Below are positions 38,166-48,789 of a stretch of 64,000 nucleotides of DNA, piece after piece. This DNA is from Limnovirga soli. Lineage in GTDB: Bacteria > Bacteroidota > Bacteroidia > Chitinophagales > Chitinophagaceae. The position numbers were made by a program, and so were the translations under genes. The notes under the pieces are model-generated. The model worked only from the letters and a program-made list of their open reading frames with translations. It was not told the origin of the DNA and ran no database searches. The stretch is from contig NZ_WHPF01000010.1 of NCBI RefSeq assembly GCF_013106755.1, positions 162,335 to 226,334 of the forward strand, in the 5' to 3' direction. Numbering within the stretch: the first letter of the stretch is position 1; each line of letters begins with the position of its first letter.

Positions 38166-38408
38166 GGTTAGCGGTGTATTTGATGATTAGGTGGTGTTGA
38201 TTGAAGATAACACATGTTGTTTTAAAAAATTCCCAAATTCTGCCAATAGCCTAAATGAAAAGGATAATTCAGGAATTGCCTGCGCACAATTACAATAGCA
38301 AAATCCTTTTACTTTTCACCTAACGGGATGGCAATTTTACCATTCAACAAAGTATTTTACTTTTTAAGCAAGGGTTTTCCGCGAATTTGTATATTTAATT
38401 AAGATGCC

Positions 38409-38471
38409 ACAAGTACAGGTGATGAAGTGATTGCGACGCAAGGATGCTGCCACTAGTGCATTAGCCGGTAT
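38409..38471 (-). repeat. Family-1 degenerate copy with insertion (..GTGATGAAGTGATTGCGACGCAAGGATGCTGCC...AGCCGGT)
   Basis: Direct read. Confidence 0.6.
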
Positions 38472-38532
38472 TTACCTTAGCATTATTTGATTTTTATACC
38501 TATTTTTTATTTCACCATTTGAATTGTATACT

Positions 38533-40044
38533 ATGAAATTTGTATTATTTGTATTACTCTTTGTATTGCTGGCTTTTAAAATTCAAGCCCAACAAGAAAA
38601 TAGCATTGTTATTGGAAAAGTGGACAGTGTGTATTCCAGGATTTTAAATGAGCAGCGAAAAATTTGGGTATATGTGCCTGATATGAGGGGTGGCATGCAT
38701 GCCCCCAACCAAAAATATCCTGTAGTGTATTTACTAGACGGCGACGGACACTTTGAATCGGTAGTAGGCATGATACAGCAACTGAGTGAAGTAAATGGCA
38801 ATACAGTTGTTCCTGAAATGATTGTAGTAGGTATACCAAATACCGACCGCACAAGGGATTTAACCCCTACCCATATTGACAGCGATTTACCAATGATGGA
38901 TAGTGGCTTTTCAAGAACTACCGGGGGTAATGAAAACTTTATTTCGTTTATTGAAAAGGAATTGATGCCGCATATTGATTCTGCTTACCCCACACAACCA
39001 TATAAAACACTGATAGGCCATTCGTTTGGCGGCTTAACAGTGATGAATGTACTTACCAATCATACTAAACTTTTTAATGCATATATTGCTATAGACCCCA
39101 GCATGTGGTATGATAAAGAACGCTTTTTACAAGCTACCAAACAGAAGCTTACCGCTAAAAAATATGATGGTACAAGATTGTATTTAGGCATCGCCAATAC
39201 CATGCCCGAAGGTATGACGCTGGATAAAATGAAAAAAGATACCAGTGTCGATACCCGTCATATTCGTTCCATTTTTGCAATGGACCAATTTATAAAATCC
39301 AACAGCGCTAATGGGCTAACGTATGCCAGCAAATATTATGCAGATGATGATCATGGATCAGTGCCATTGATAAGTGAATACGATGGACTGAGATCTATTT
39401 TTAATTATTATCGATTTAAATTTACGCAAGCGGATTTTACTGATTCAAGTACTGCTTTGCCTACCAGGCTGGCAAAACATTATACTACTATATCAAAAGC
39501 ATTTGGATATACCGTTTCTCCGCCCGAAATGCAAATTAACGGGTTGGGTTATCAGGCATTAAGCCTTGGGCAGTATACAAAAGCAGCAGTTTTATTTCAA
39601 ATGAATATTGCCAACTATCCATCCAGCGGTAATGCACTGGATTCTTATGGCGATTTACTGGCTGCCAAAAAAGATACCCTTAATGCAATTGCCTATTACG
39701 AGAAAGCTTTGGCCATCAACAGCAATGAAGAAACCAAACAAAAGTTACTGCAACTACAAGGCAAAGCTGCATTTACCATCAGTGCGCAAGACCTTCAAAA
39801 ATATGTGGCTGCATTTGAATTTACCGATGTACCAGCCACTGCTACCACAGCTATCAAAGACAACGCTTTATTTGCTACAGTACCCGGACAGGGATCGTTT
39901 GAGCTGGTGCCGGTTGCAACCGATACTTTTAAAATTAAAGGTTTGGAAGGTTTTAAAATTCACTTTGAAATGGATGGCAATACGGTGATTGGATTAACTT
40001 CAATACAGGCAAATGGTACATATAAAGCAAAGGTGAAAAAATAA
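38533..40044 (+). CDS. Secreted esterase (alpha/beta-hydrolase, enterochelin-esterase-like) with C-terminal TPR-like and beta-rich domains
   Basis: Signal peptide. GxSxG motif LIGHSFGG. TPR-like segment YYEKALAINSNEE. First ATG at 38533 (the track start at 38524 is TTG). Confidence 0.75.
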   Translation: MKFVLFVLLFVLLAFKIQAQQENSIVIGKVDSVYSRILNEQRKIWVYVPDMRGGMHAPNQKYPVVYLLDGDGHFESVVGMIQQLSEVNGNTVVPEMIVVGIPNTDRTRDLTPTHIDSDLPMMDSGFSRTTGGNENFISFIEKELMPHIDSAYPTQPYKTLIGHSFGGLTVMNVLTNHTKLFNAYIAIDPSMWYDKERFLQATKQKLTAKKYDGTRLYLGIANTMPEGMTLDKMKKDTSVDTRHIRSIFAMDQFIKSNSANGLTYASKYYADDDHGSVPLISEYDGLRSIFNYYRFKFTQADFTDSSTALPTRLAKHYTTISKAFGYTVSPPEMQINGLGYQALSLGQYTKAAVLFQMNIANYPSSGNALDSYGDLLAAKKDTLNAIAYYEKALAINSNEETKQKLLQLQGKAAFTISAQDLQKYVAAFEFTDVPATATTAIKDNALFATVPGQGSFELVPVATDTFKIKGLEGFKIHFEMDGNTVIGLTSIQANGTYKAKVKK

Positions 40045-40085
40045 AAAACCAATTATTATAGTTGTTGCATTAAACTATTTTTTGA

Positions 40086-40260
40086 GCCCGGCACTTGAAT
40101 TTCTATTGGGCTTAACTTGCGTCGCACACTTGTACGGTTGGATTTATTCTTAAACAGTGTAATACTATCTTTGCAGCGAGTAAGTCTCATTGCTGCATAA
40201 AGTATCTATCAGCACAAGTGTGCGACGCAACGGATGTTTAATGCTTTATAAAAGCCGGGC
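40086..40260. repeat. Family-1 full palindromic composite (GCCCGGC 40086-40092; forward core 40117-40135; reverse core 40212-40230; GCCGGGC 40254-40260) between the convergent esterase and A2M genes
   Basis: Direct read. Confidence 0.85.
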
Positions 40261-40280
40261 TAATAATTTTCCTTTTGTAT

Positions 40281-43200
40281 TTATGGTGCCTTATTTACAT
40301 TAATTTTTATACCCTGGCTATGGCTGCCAAAAGCAGGCGCATACATACATTCTATACTTGCAATACCTGCGGTAAAACTACCCGCCTGTGTAATAAAAAC
40401 CGGATACTCAAAAATATAAGTGCCCTTATTAATATTGCTGATAAAAAAGTTGGTAGCAGCATCTTTTGTTGATTCGTAATAGCCCAATCCATCCTGCCAT
40501 TTATAGCCACTTAATACATTAACCGGTTCCATGGTAGCTGCACGCATATCTTTAAGATGTAAGTACTCCATTGGCCTGTCGCAATGCAATTCAATGCGAA
40601 TAATTATTTTTTGCCCAACGGTTAATTCCTGTCCATCAGTTACAGGTTGCAGCACTTTACCGCTACTGGTATTTTCTTGTATAAACAATGATCGGGAAAG
40701 GGTTAAAGGCGAAGCTGCAGGAGTTATTTTATCCAGATCTTCAAAATATTGCCAGTATACAGCACCCCAGGATGGCAGTGCGATTTTATTGTTAACCGCA
40801 TTTTTTGCACTACTGGTAGTAACAGTAATATTACCCATACCAGCCGTTACGGCATTGCCACTGATACGTGTTTTGATATAGCCGGTACCAGCCTGCGCAT
40901 TGGATATATTTACAAGTTGGTTGTTTAAAGATATTTGCACCATGGTGTTATTAGTGATGGCTTTTGCAGTGTCTAGTAACAGGCTGTAACAGGCGTCTGC
41001 TGTGGCTTTGGTGGTTTCCCAATTATTGGTTTGCTTGTTTAATATTAGCCAGGTGCACATATTATTTGCATCAGTAGTTAGTTTACTGTTTTTTTGTTGC
41101 GCTGCCATTTCGCTTACAAGTTGAATAAGCAATGCCTGTTGCTCAATAGGATGCTGATACCAGTAATACCCGGCTTTACTGTTTTTCCAATACATGCCTT
41201 TTATACTGTCTGTTACTGCATTTTCTAAAATGGAAGGCAATATGTTTTTTTCGGTAAAAATTTGCTGACCTGTTTTGTTTAATGCCAATGCAATCATGGC
41301 CTTTAGATAAGTATTTTGAACATTCCAGTATAGTTTAGCCTGACGGGTATAATAATTTTGTGCGTTTGTAATACCCTCATTTGCTTTAATATTGGCAAAG
41401 TAACTGCGCATGTATAAATACTGTATTTGCAACATACCCAAATGGTTGTTATTGGCATCTTTTGCAGTTATGAAATGTTTGTCATTTTCAATTGCCAAAT
41501 CTGCATAGTGAATACCTTTTGTAATAATGCTTTGCAATAATCCATCAGTAGTATTATCAATAGCGCCAAGTGCTTTTAATTTGCCGATACCGGTTAATAT
41601 GTATTGTGTAATATACCTGTCTTCATAACCACCACTAAACCAGGGGAATGCTCCATTTTCCAACTGCATTTGCTGCAATTGTTGTAATGCTTTTGCAGAG
41701 GAAGCACTCATGTTTAATACATCAAATAGTAGGGCAATATTTTGTTGTTGCTGTGTTTCGGTGGCAGCATCTAATACCCATGGCGTTTCCTCCAGCAGAA
41801 TTTGTTTTAGTTCAGGATTTAAGGCAAGATTAGATTGCAGCGACTGATGAGTTGTGTCGTTTTTCCATTGTGCAAAAACGGATTTAATCCTGGGGAATCT
41901 GGCTACAATATAGGCAGCCAGCGTATTGGCATAAAAACGGTTAAATGTTTGTTCGGCACAATCCTGTGGGTATTCCATTAAATAGGGCAAAGCCTTTATG
42001 GCAAACCAAACGGGGTCTGGTGTATATTCAACAGTAAGGCTTTCGTTGGTTAAACTGGCAGAATTATTTTGCAGCAGTTTGGTAAAGTTGAATGTTTTTG
42101 AACCATTACCATGCATTAACAAAGGCAGGCTTTCTGTTACCAATATTCGGTTTGATAATAAAGGCAAAGTGTTTTCTTCACCATCAGAATAATTGCCAGC
42201 CTGTGCAATAATTTTAATGGTTAATGGATTCGGATAAGTAAATGGAATACTAACTGGAAATGTAACCTGAGTACTTTTACCGGCCTCAGCAGTAAAATAT
42301 TGATTAGGAAAAACGTTTTGAAACAGACCATCTACAGCTTCATTGGTAACGGCATCTATCAATTGCAGGTAAGCCTGACCGGTTAGGCTGCTATCGCTGA
42401 TATTACTGATTTTAGCAGATAATTCTATCTGGTCTCCCTCCCTTAAAAAGCGGGGCAAATTGGGTTGCACCATCAATGTTTTTTGGGTGGTAATGGTTTG
42501 TTGTGCATAACCAAATGCGAGCTCTTTGGTATAAGCGAAACTCATCCATTTCCATTGTGTTAATGCATCAGGCATAGTAAAACCAAACTGGTAATTGCCA
42601 TCTGCATCAGCCATTAATTGTGGTAGGAAGAACGCTGTTTCATTAAAATTTTTACGGGCTTGTATATTGGGCGGAGTTGCTGCTGATGTACCGTATGCCT
42701 GACCAGCTCCTGATTTCGTTTCTTCGTCTTTTATTATTTGTGGCGGAGTAAATTTCTTATCCCCTACTTTATTGTATGCCATTGCTTCTGGCATCATCAC
42801 ATCACTTTTGTCTCCTGCTTGAGTGATGTACCCCATCCTTGTCTGGTCATAACCATATTGCCAAAGCACATCTCCACTGGTAACCAATTCATCATAGCTA
42901 CTATAACCACTTTCTATGCTGGTTGGCAGCTCATTTTCTTCACCGCTTTTTGTACCAAAAGCATTGCGGCCATTAAATTCGTTTCGGGTGCTATAAGTTT
43001 CCCAAATATTGGGGGTAACCCATTTGTGTGGGATGAATTGGTCTAAAGAAGCGTCATACATGGTGGTTAATAATTCAGCAACCACTTTTTTCTCGTTATG
43101 GCCTTTTACAGTAAGCGACCATTGCTCCTTACTGCCAGGTTCGGTTTTATTTCTAAAACTACCATACGCTATGGTTAGTTCTTTGTCGATATATGGAATG

Positions 43201-46200
43201 TTCACATCCATACCCCCGGTATAAAACCGATTATGTTTTACAAATGCATAATAAACACCAAGCCCATTTCTATCGGCTTCACCAGCCAATAACTCAATTT
43301 TTTTCTTGCTGTCAGTTAGGCTATAAAACGAATAATTATCGGCTCTGTTGGGGTTTGAAGCCTGTCCTTTTATTTGCTGAATTACAAATACATCCTTCTC
43401 GTTTGTCCCTATCATTAATGCAGCTTTTTCACCGGGTTGTACGGTATTGTTTATAACCGTATTCCAGTTAGGCTGAGGGGAAGGCAAATTGTTGCTTTCC
43501 TTTGTAAATACCTGTATGTATTGCACATTTTTTATCTTATTGCCATCCTTATCAATTGTGCTGGCTTCAATACAATACCAACCTTGCTTTAAAATACCTG
43601 GTTGAATGATAAAATTTTGAGCATCGCCAGTATTCAAGCTATCAATTATGATTGGGTTTTCAACAGTCCATGTATGGTAATCGCTTTCTGCTTCATATTC
43701 ATCATAGGGGAAATATGTTGTAAAACTGGCTTTATCCAAACTAAATACATCCGGTCTTTCCCATAACCGTTTTCTATATAATTGTGTGGGCACAGTTAAA
43801 GGTGATATACTAATAATTACGTTTGCTGGCACCAACTGTCCGGCAATATTCTCTGTACGCACCGTTATTGCCTTAAAAATTGCAGCATCAACCACGTCTG
43901 GCACCTGCAGTTGCAATTGCATAGATGTATACCCAACTGAAATAACACTGCTGGTTTCATGGGTTTCTCCACTGATATCGGTTACAGTAATATCGATAGT
44001 AAAATCAAATACAGGATCGTTGCTTTTATCAGTGGTAACATCTGGCAATGCAGTAATTGCTATTGCAAAACGTCCGTCATCATTTGTTGTAACTACTCCT
44101 TCGGCTATTTCCTGTTCATTAGAACCGGGCTCAGCCATTTTCCAAAACATCCAGGGATACAGGAACCTGGTATTTCTCTTTATATTATAAGTTACTGTGG
44201 CTCCACCTAAAGGCTGACCAGCAAAAGCCTTTGCAAATCCGGTAAGTTGTATGATTTCATTTAAACGATAGCTGCTTTTTAGTGTATCTATTGCAATATA
44301 AAATGCCGGGCGTTTATATGCCTCTACCTGCACACTTGCAAGGCTGTTAAACAAATTAGTAGTTATGCTAAAACTGCCCGTTAATACCTGTTTTGGCAAT
44401 TGAAAGGAGCCGGTAAAAGAACCAAAATCATTTAGCTTTACCTTAAGAGAATCTATCAACTGGTTATTTACATCTTTTAATTCTACCATAATACTGTCCT
44501 TAAAATCCGATAATCTGGCGCCAGTGGCATTGGGCTCCTTATAAATACCAATTCCTTTAAAAAGAATGGTTTGCCCGGGGCGGTAAATGCTTCTATCAGT
44601 AAAAATATGAATGGTAGTATTTAGTTCTATAGCATTTACAGCTGGCGGGGCGCTGCTAGTATTATTAAATGATCCATAATAATTGCTGTTTTGCAATACT
44701 AAAGAATCGTTGCCCTGTTTAAAAACAAGTGAAATATTTCCTTCATTTTTAAAATCAATATTTCTTAAAGAAAAATAGCCATGCATATCTGTTGCCAAAT
44801 GGCCAGCATTGGCAATTATATAAGCACTCTTTGTATAATCATATCGTTGAATGGCAAATTGTATTGTTGCATCTTTAATTGGCGCTCCGGTTTCCCTGTT
44901 TAAAACAAAATAATCAGCGCCATTATTAATAAAACTGATATTACTAACATCAAAACTTTGCACTACCAGTTTATCATTTTGCGTATCAAAACGGTCACTG
45001 CCTGCTGCCAATATAAAATAGCTACCTGCACCCAACCCATCAATTTTTATTTCGGTAGCATGCTCCTGATAATCATTGGTGGCAGGTAAAGCCTGCGAGA
45101 GGGTTTTTATTGCAGGTACAGCAGTGATGGCTTCCCAGTAGCCATCTTCCCACCGTTTCATTTTGATAGTTTTTAATTCGGCTGCATTAATAATTCTAAT
45201 ATTGATATTAGTTATATTCCGGTATTTTACCAGCATGCGAAAAGGTTGGTCAGGCACATTTATACTTTCAACCGTGGTGGATAACTGTTGTTCCTTAATA
45301 CTAAATAGCAAGTGCTGCATATTTAAAACACCCATACTGTCAGCATCCTTTTGTTGTAATTGTTTCCCTGCAATACCTATCGCCTTTAAATAATCGTAGC
45401 GATAACTGGTATCCCCAAACGGCGTATACAATTTTGCCTGGTCGGCATATTGTTTGGCCAGTAAATACCATGCATTAATGGTAAATTTATCATTGGGAAA
45501 GCTGGTTGTAATATCTTCCAGTGCTTTTGTATATAGTACTTTTTTATTTTCAAAAATTCCGTGTTCATTTACCCATTCAATTCGTTCCAGATTTATATCA
45601 ATAAAAGCAGCAGGATCATTATCACGGGCATGAAACCGCATCAGTTGTTGAAAAAGTTGTAATGACAATAACAAGTTAGAACTGCTATCTTTTGAAATAA
45701 AACGGGCATCCATAAATATTGCTGCACTGCCCAATGCCGCAGAATCCTTTATGGTAAATGCATAAGCAGGCTTGGTGATATAATTGTTCTCATCTTTGTA
45801 ATACTGAAGGGCAACATGTGCCAATAAATCGTATAAAGTAGGCCTCAGGTTAGATCTGTTACCTTTATAAATAATTGGTGCATACGCATCAGTTTTTATT
45901 TGCTGTAATAAGGTTACAGGCTCCAGCGCCTTTGCATATAATTTGTTAATGGCTCTATTTAAATCATCAGGGCTCCAGGTGCTAATATCGTTTTTAATTG
46001 TAGCAACAGTGGTACTTCTGTCAAACGACTGCCATCGCAATTCGTTGGTATAAATATTTGCCAGCATTATTTGCAATACACTTTTTTGGGCTATATTTTT
46101 GGTGCTGTTAATTTCATTTTGAAGCAGTTTTACTGTGGCATTCGCGTCTTCATCTGTAACCTTTTCCTGCAGACTAATTATATAAATTAAGGCTTTTAGC

Positions 46201-46400
46201 ACCTGCGCATCAAGCCCTCTTTTTTTGGCATCTGTATAAATAATTTTTACTTTTTGCAAGGCTGTTTTAGGCAGGCTTTTCTGTACAATCAGTGTGTCAA
46301 TTATCTTCCATTCTTTGGTATAATTTATATCTTTCATCTGTGCAACTGATATTAGGTAAAAAGCTATGGTACAAAGGGTAAATAATACTATCTTTTTCAT
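40281..46400 (-). CDS. Alpha-2-macroglobulin-family protein (2039 aa)
   Basis: Signal peptide, multiple MG-like domains, and a thioester-like motif CAEQ in YPQDCAEQTFNRF. The size is typical of bacterial A2M. Confidence 0.8.
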   Translation of the reverse strand: MKKIVLFTLCTIAFYLISVAQMKDINYTKEWKIIDTLIVQKSLPKTALQKVKIIYTDAKKRGLDAQVLKALIYIISLQEKVTDEDANATVKLLQNEINSTKNIAQKSVLQIMLANIYTNELRWQSFDRSTTVATIKNDISTWSPDDLNRAINKLYAKALEPVTLLQQIKTDAYAPIIYKGNRSNLRPTLYDLLAHVALQYYKDENNYITKPAYAFTIKDSAALGSAAIFMDARFISKDSSSNLLLSLQLFQQLMRFHARDNDPAAFIDINLERIEWVNEHGIFENKKVLYTKALEDITTSFPNDKFTINAWYLLAKQYADQAKLYTPFGDTSYRYDYLKAIGIAGKQLQQKDADSMGVLNMQHLLFSIKEQQLSTTVESINVPDQPFRMLVKYRNITNINIRIINAAELKTIKMKRWEDGYWEAITAVPAIKTLSQALPATNDYQEHATEIKIDGLGAGSYFILAAGSDRFDTQNDKLVVQSFDVSNISFINNGADYFVLNRETGAPIKDATIQFAIQRYDYTKSAYIIANAGHLATDMHGYFSLRNIDFKNEGNISLVFKQGNDSLVLQNSNYYGSFNNTSSAPPAVNAIELNTTIHIFTDRSIYRPGQTILFKGIGIYKEPNATGARLSDFKDSIMVELKDVNNQLIDSLKVKLNDFGSFTGSFQLPKQVLTGSFSITTNLFNSLASVQVEAYKRPAFYIAIDTLKSSYRLNEIIQLTGFAKAFAGQPLGGATVTYNIKRNTRFLYPWMFWKMAEPGSNEQEIAEGVVTTNDDGRFAIAITALPDVTTDKSNDPVFDFTIDITVTDISGETHETSSVISVGYTSMQLQLQVPDVVDAAIFKAITVRTENIAGQLVPANVIISISPLTVPTQLYRKRLWERPDVFSLDKASFTTYFPYDEYEAESDYHTWTVENPIIIDSLNTGDAQNFIIQPGILKQGWYCIEASTIDKDGNKIKNVQYIQVFTKESNNLPSPQPNWNTVINNTVQPGEKAALMIGTNEKDVFVIQQIKGQASNPNRADNYSFYSLTDSKKKIELLAGEADRNGLGVYYAFVKHNRFYTGGMDVNIPYIDKELTIAYGSFRNKTEPGSKEQWSLTVKGHNEKKVVAELLTTMYDASLDQFIPHKWVTPNIWETYSTRNEFNGRNAFGTKSGEENELPTSIESGYSSYDELVTSGDVLWQYGYDQTRMGYITQAGDKSDVMMPEAMAYNKVGDKKFTPPQIIKDEETKSGAGQAYGTSAATPPNIQARKNFNETAFFLPQLMADADGNYQFGFTMPDALTQWKWMSFAYTKELAFGYAQQTITTQKTLMVQPNLPRFLREGDQIELSAKISNISDSSLTGQAYLQLIDAVTNEAVDGLFQNVFPNQYFTAEAGKSTQVTFPVSIPFTYPNPLTIKIIAQAGNYSDGEENTLPLLSNRILVTESLPLLMHGNGSKTFNFTKLLQNNSASLTNESLTVEYTPDPVWFAIKALPYLMEYPQDCAEQTFNRFYANTLAAYIVARFPRIKSVFAQWKNDTTHQSLQSNLALNPELKQILLEETPWVLDAATETQQQQNIALLFDVLNMSASSAKALQQLQQMQLENGAFPWFSGGYEDRYITQYILTGIGKLKALGAIDNTTDGLLQSIITKGIHYADLAIENDKHFITAKDANNNHLGMLQIQYLYMRSYFANIKANEGITNAQNYYTRQAKLYWNVQNTYLKAMIALALNKTGQQIFTEKNILPSILENAVTDSIKGMYWKNSKAGYYWYQHPIEQQALLIQLVSEMAAQQKNSKLTTDANNMCTWLILNKQTNNWETTKATADACYSLLLDTAKAITNNTMVQISLNNQLVNISNAQAGTGYIKTRISGNAVTAGMGNITVTTSSAKNAVNNKIALPSWGAVYWQYFEDLDKITPAASPLTLSRSLFIQENTSSGKVLQPVTDGQELTVGQKIIIRIELHCDRPMEYLHLKDMRAATMEPVNVLSGYKWQDGLGYYESTKDAATNFFISNINKGTYIFEYPVFITQAGSFTAGIASIECMYAPAFGSHSQGIKINVNKAP

Positions 46401-46503
46401 GAACCGGTGTTTGATGATACAAAATAAACAATTAATCTACAGATGCAGGAATAACTATTTTACATATTGACTATGGTTTGTTAAATCTTTTACCAGCAGG
46501 TGT

Positions 46504-46706
46504 TACCGGCTGTATATTATTGTGCAGCTGCTGTTGTGTCACTCACTTGTACGTTTATAACAATAGGCAACATTAGTAACAACACTTTTATTGATTGTAT
46601 CATACTTTAAACAGGCATTTGGGTTAATACCTACAGCCCGGTTTAAATACAGCAGTACAAGTGTGCGACGCAAGTAAAGCCTCATATACATTCATTTGCC
46701 TGGCCC
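46504..46706. repeat. Family-1 full composite (box ACCGGCTGTAT; variant core 46533-46552; reverse core 46655-46674; box GCCTGGCCC 46698-46706)
   Basis: Direct read. Confidence 0.8.
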
Positions 46707-46787
46707 ATAAAAATGCAAAAGGGCCGCGGAGAACCACAGCCCGTAATGCACAAACGAGAAATATTCCAGGTTGACTAATCAACTATA

Positions 46788-47663
46788 TTACCAGTTGCTA
46801 AAGCGTATACCCACAGCATAGGGATATTGCTCTAAACCGGTTTGGTGTAACCTGTTTAAACTATAACTGCCATATACCCTTATTGGTCCAAGCCCCAATT
46901 CGGTAACAGCGGCAAGGCGAAATGGTTCTAAATCAAAATCACCCTTGGTTTTATCCTTGCCTCTTTCGCTGCTTATTTGTTTATTACGGCTACCTACTTT
47001 ATATCCCGCACTAACACCGGCACTAATGCTGAAGCCTTTTCTTTTAGACGGGGTTGCATCAATATTAAGCATTAATGGCACGGTTGCATAGCCAACATAT
47101 AATTTGTTTTTAGAAAAATCAACATCATCTCTTATTATAGATGCAGGGCTTTTAACATAGCTGATATTATTCTCGTAACGATAATTGTACATTTCCATGC
47201 CAAGACCATATTTAAGGTTAAGCACATGTTTGGAGATGTTTACTTTTTGCATAAATAACCACAAATTGGCATTGGTTGATTTGCCGGTTCTTATTGACAA
47301 ATCGCTTTTGGTAAAAGGTGCGCCGGCTCCGGCATTTAAATAACTATTTGCTTCAGCTGAGCCATATACTGTTTTATCACGCAGGTTCGCAAATCCCAGG
47401 TCGAATATAAGCCAGTTGGTACTTACATTCGATCTTTTACGTTCTTTATTATTGGTTACATTAAGCGATCCTACATTAATATCAATGTATACATTCTTTT
47501 TCCCGTTGCTGCCCGTATCTGTTCCCTGCCTGTCTTTTTTAACAATAATAAAATTGCCTACTTTAATGGTATCGGGCCCATTATTTAAAATGGTAGTATC
47601 TGTTTGGGCAAAAGCATTGGCCGTAAACAACAGGATTGCTGCTGTGTAAAAAATCCGTTTCAT
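46788..47663 (-). CDS. Outer-membrane beta-barrel protein (porin-like)
   Basis: Signal peptide, alternating amphipathic beta-strand pattern, C-terminal aromatic residue (..RFSNW). Confidence 0.6.
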   Translation of the reverse strand: MKRIFYTAAILLFTANAFAQTDTTILNNGPDTIKVGNFIIVKKDRQGTDTGSNGKKNVYIDINVGSLNVTNNKERKRSNVSTNWLIFDLGFANLRDKTVYGSAEANSYLNAGAGAPFTKSDLSIRTGKSTNANLWLFMQKVNISKHVLNLKYGLGMEMYNYRYENNISYVKSPASIIRDDVDFSKNKLYVGYATVPLMLNIDATPSKRKGFSISAGVSAGYKVGSRNKQISSERGKDKTKGDFDLEPFRLAAVTELGLGPIRVYGSYSLNRLHQTGLEQYPYAVGIRFSNW

Positions 47664-47688
47664 ATTTGTTTGATTGTAAATTGTTGTA

Positions 47689-48747
47689 CTAATTTTTGTT
47701 TATTTCAAAGTTGGCAACCTGCAGTTTGCCTTGTTCGTTGGCGGCTACAGCAGATTTGTTTTTGCCTGCAAAAATGCCGCCTACTTTTTTTATTACGCCG
47801 CGTAATTTGTTTTTATTAATGTTTAGGTTTCCTACGTATAAAGATGCATCATTATCGTCGTTGGTATTTAGTTCCCGGTAAGCCGCAGGCTGTGTTACAG
47901 CTGCCAAAACCTGTTCCTGTGTATTTGCCGGTACCGGCAATACATTTGTTTCTTCCTTAGCAATGGTGGGTATATATGTTTCTACATTAACTTCTTTAAC
48001 CCCGTTGTTGGTTTGTGGTAAAAGGTTGTTGTCATTATTGGTTTGGGCAACAGTTTTATCATTATTTGTCTGTATGGGTATGGGCTGTTTGCGTTGCTCA
48101 ACGGGCTTTGTAATAATATTGGCAACAGCTGTTTTTGGCACCTCCACAGGTGCAGTTATTGCGGGAGATTTTGTACTGGCCACCGGCTGCTGCTGTTTTA
48201 AGTTATTTGCCGGAGTAAGAGCTACTACATTTGCTGGTGCAATATCGGTGGTTCCGGGAACCATCCACCATATCACAATTGCAAGGCCTGCAATGGCAGC
48301 TGCTACCGCCAACCTCATCCAACCAATAGGTATAACCCTTCTTTCTTCCTTTTTGTAAAGGCTGTCTTTGCCGGTAAATTCAATAATTTCTGCCGGCAAA
48401 ACCAATTCCCTAAGTAAAGTAAAATTTACCTGTAATGCCGGATGCTGTAATACAAATGTTTCTACTTCCGCTTTTGATTTGGCATCCAGTTCATTATCTA
48501 TATAAAGTAAAAAATACGATTCGTAGTTGTCCATTGTAATTGTTTCACCGGTTTTATATAAACCAGATTTATCCATTAACATGGCTTCATTATCTATGCT
48601 CAGCACGGTTTGTTGTAAAATCTCCAGTTCCTGTTTCAAATCAGGGTTATCCTGCACAAATAATTCTACTGCCTTGCGCTGGTCGGGCGTAAGCTCTGCA
48701 TCTGCATACAGTAAAAAATATTCTTCGTAATTATGTCGGTTAATCAT
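47689..48747 (-). CDS. Membrane anti-sigma factor-like protein with an internally duplicated cytoplasmic N-domain
   Basis: Two about 60-aa paralogous segments (HNYEEYFLLYADAELTPDQRKAVELFVQDNP... and DNYESYFLLYIDNELDAKSKAEVETFVLQHP...). One TM helix (AVAAAIAGLAIVIWWMV). Located immediately downstream of the ECF sigma gene. Confidence 0.6.
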   Translation of the reverse strand: MINRHNYEEYFLLYADAELTPDQRKAVELFVQDNPDLKQELEILQQTVLSIDNEAMLMDKSGLYKTGETITMDNYESYFLLYIDNELDAKSKAEVETFVLQHPALQVNFTLLRELVLPAEIIEFTGKDSLYKKEERRVIPIGWMRLAVAAAIAGLAIVIWWMVPGTTDIAPANVVALTPANNLKQQQPVASTKSPAITAPVEVPKTAVANIITKPVEQRKQPIPIQTNNDKTVAQTNNDNNLLPQTNNGVKEVNVETYIPTIAKEETNVLPVPANTQEQVLAAVTQPAAYRELNTNDDNDASLYVGNLNINKNKLRGVIKKVGGIFAGKNKSAVAANEQGKLQVANFEINKN

Positions 48748-48789
48748 TGTGTTCTAATTAAAAATGGCTGTTACTAAATGCCTGTTTGG

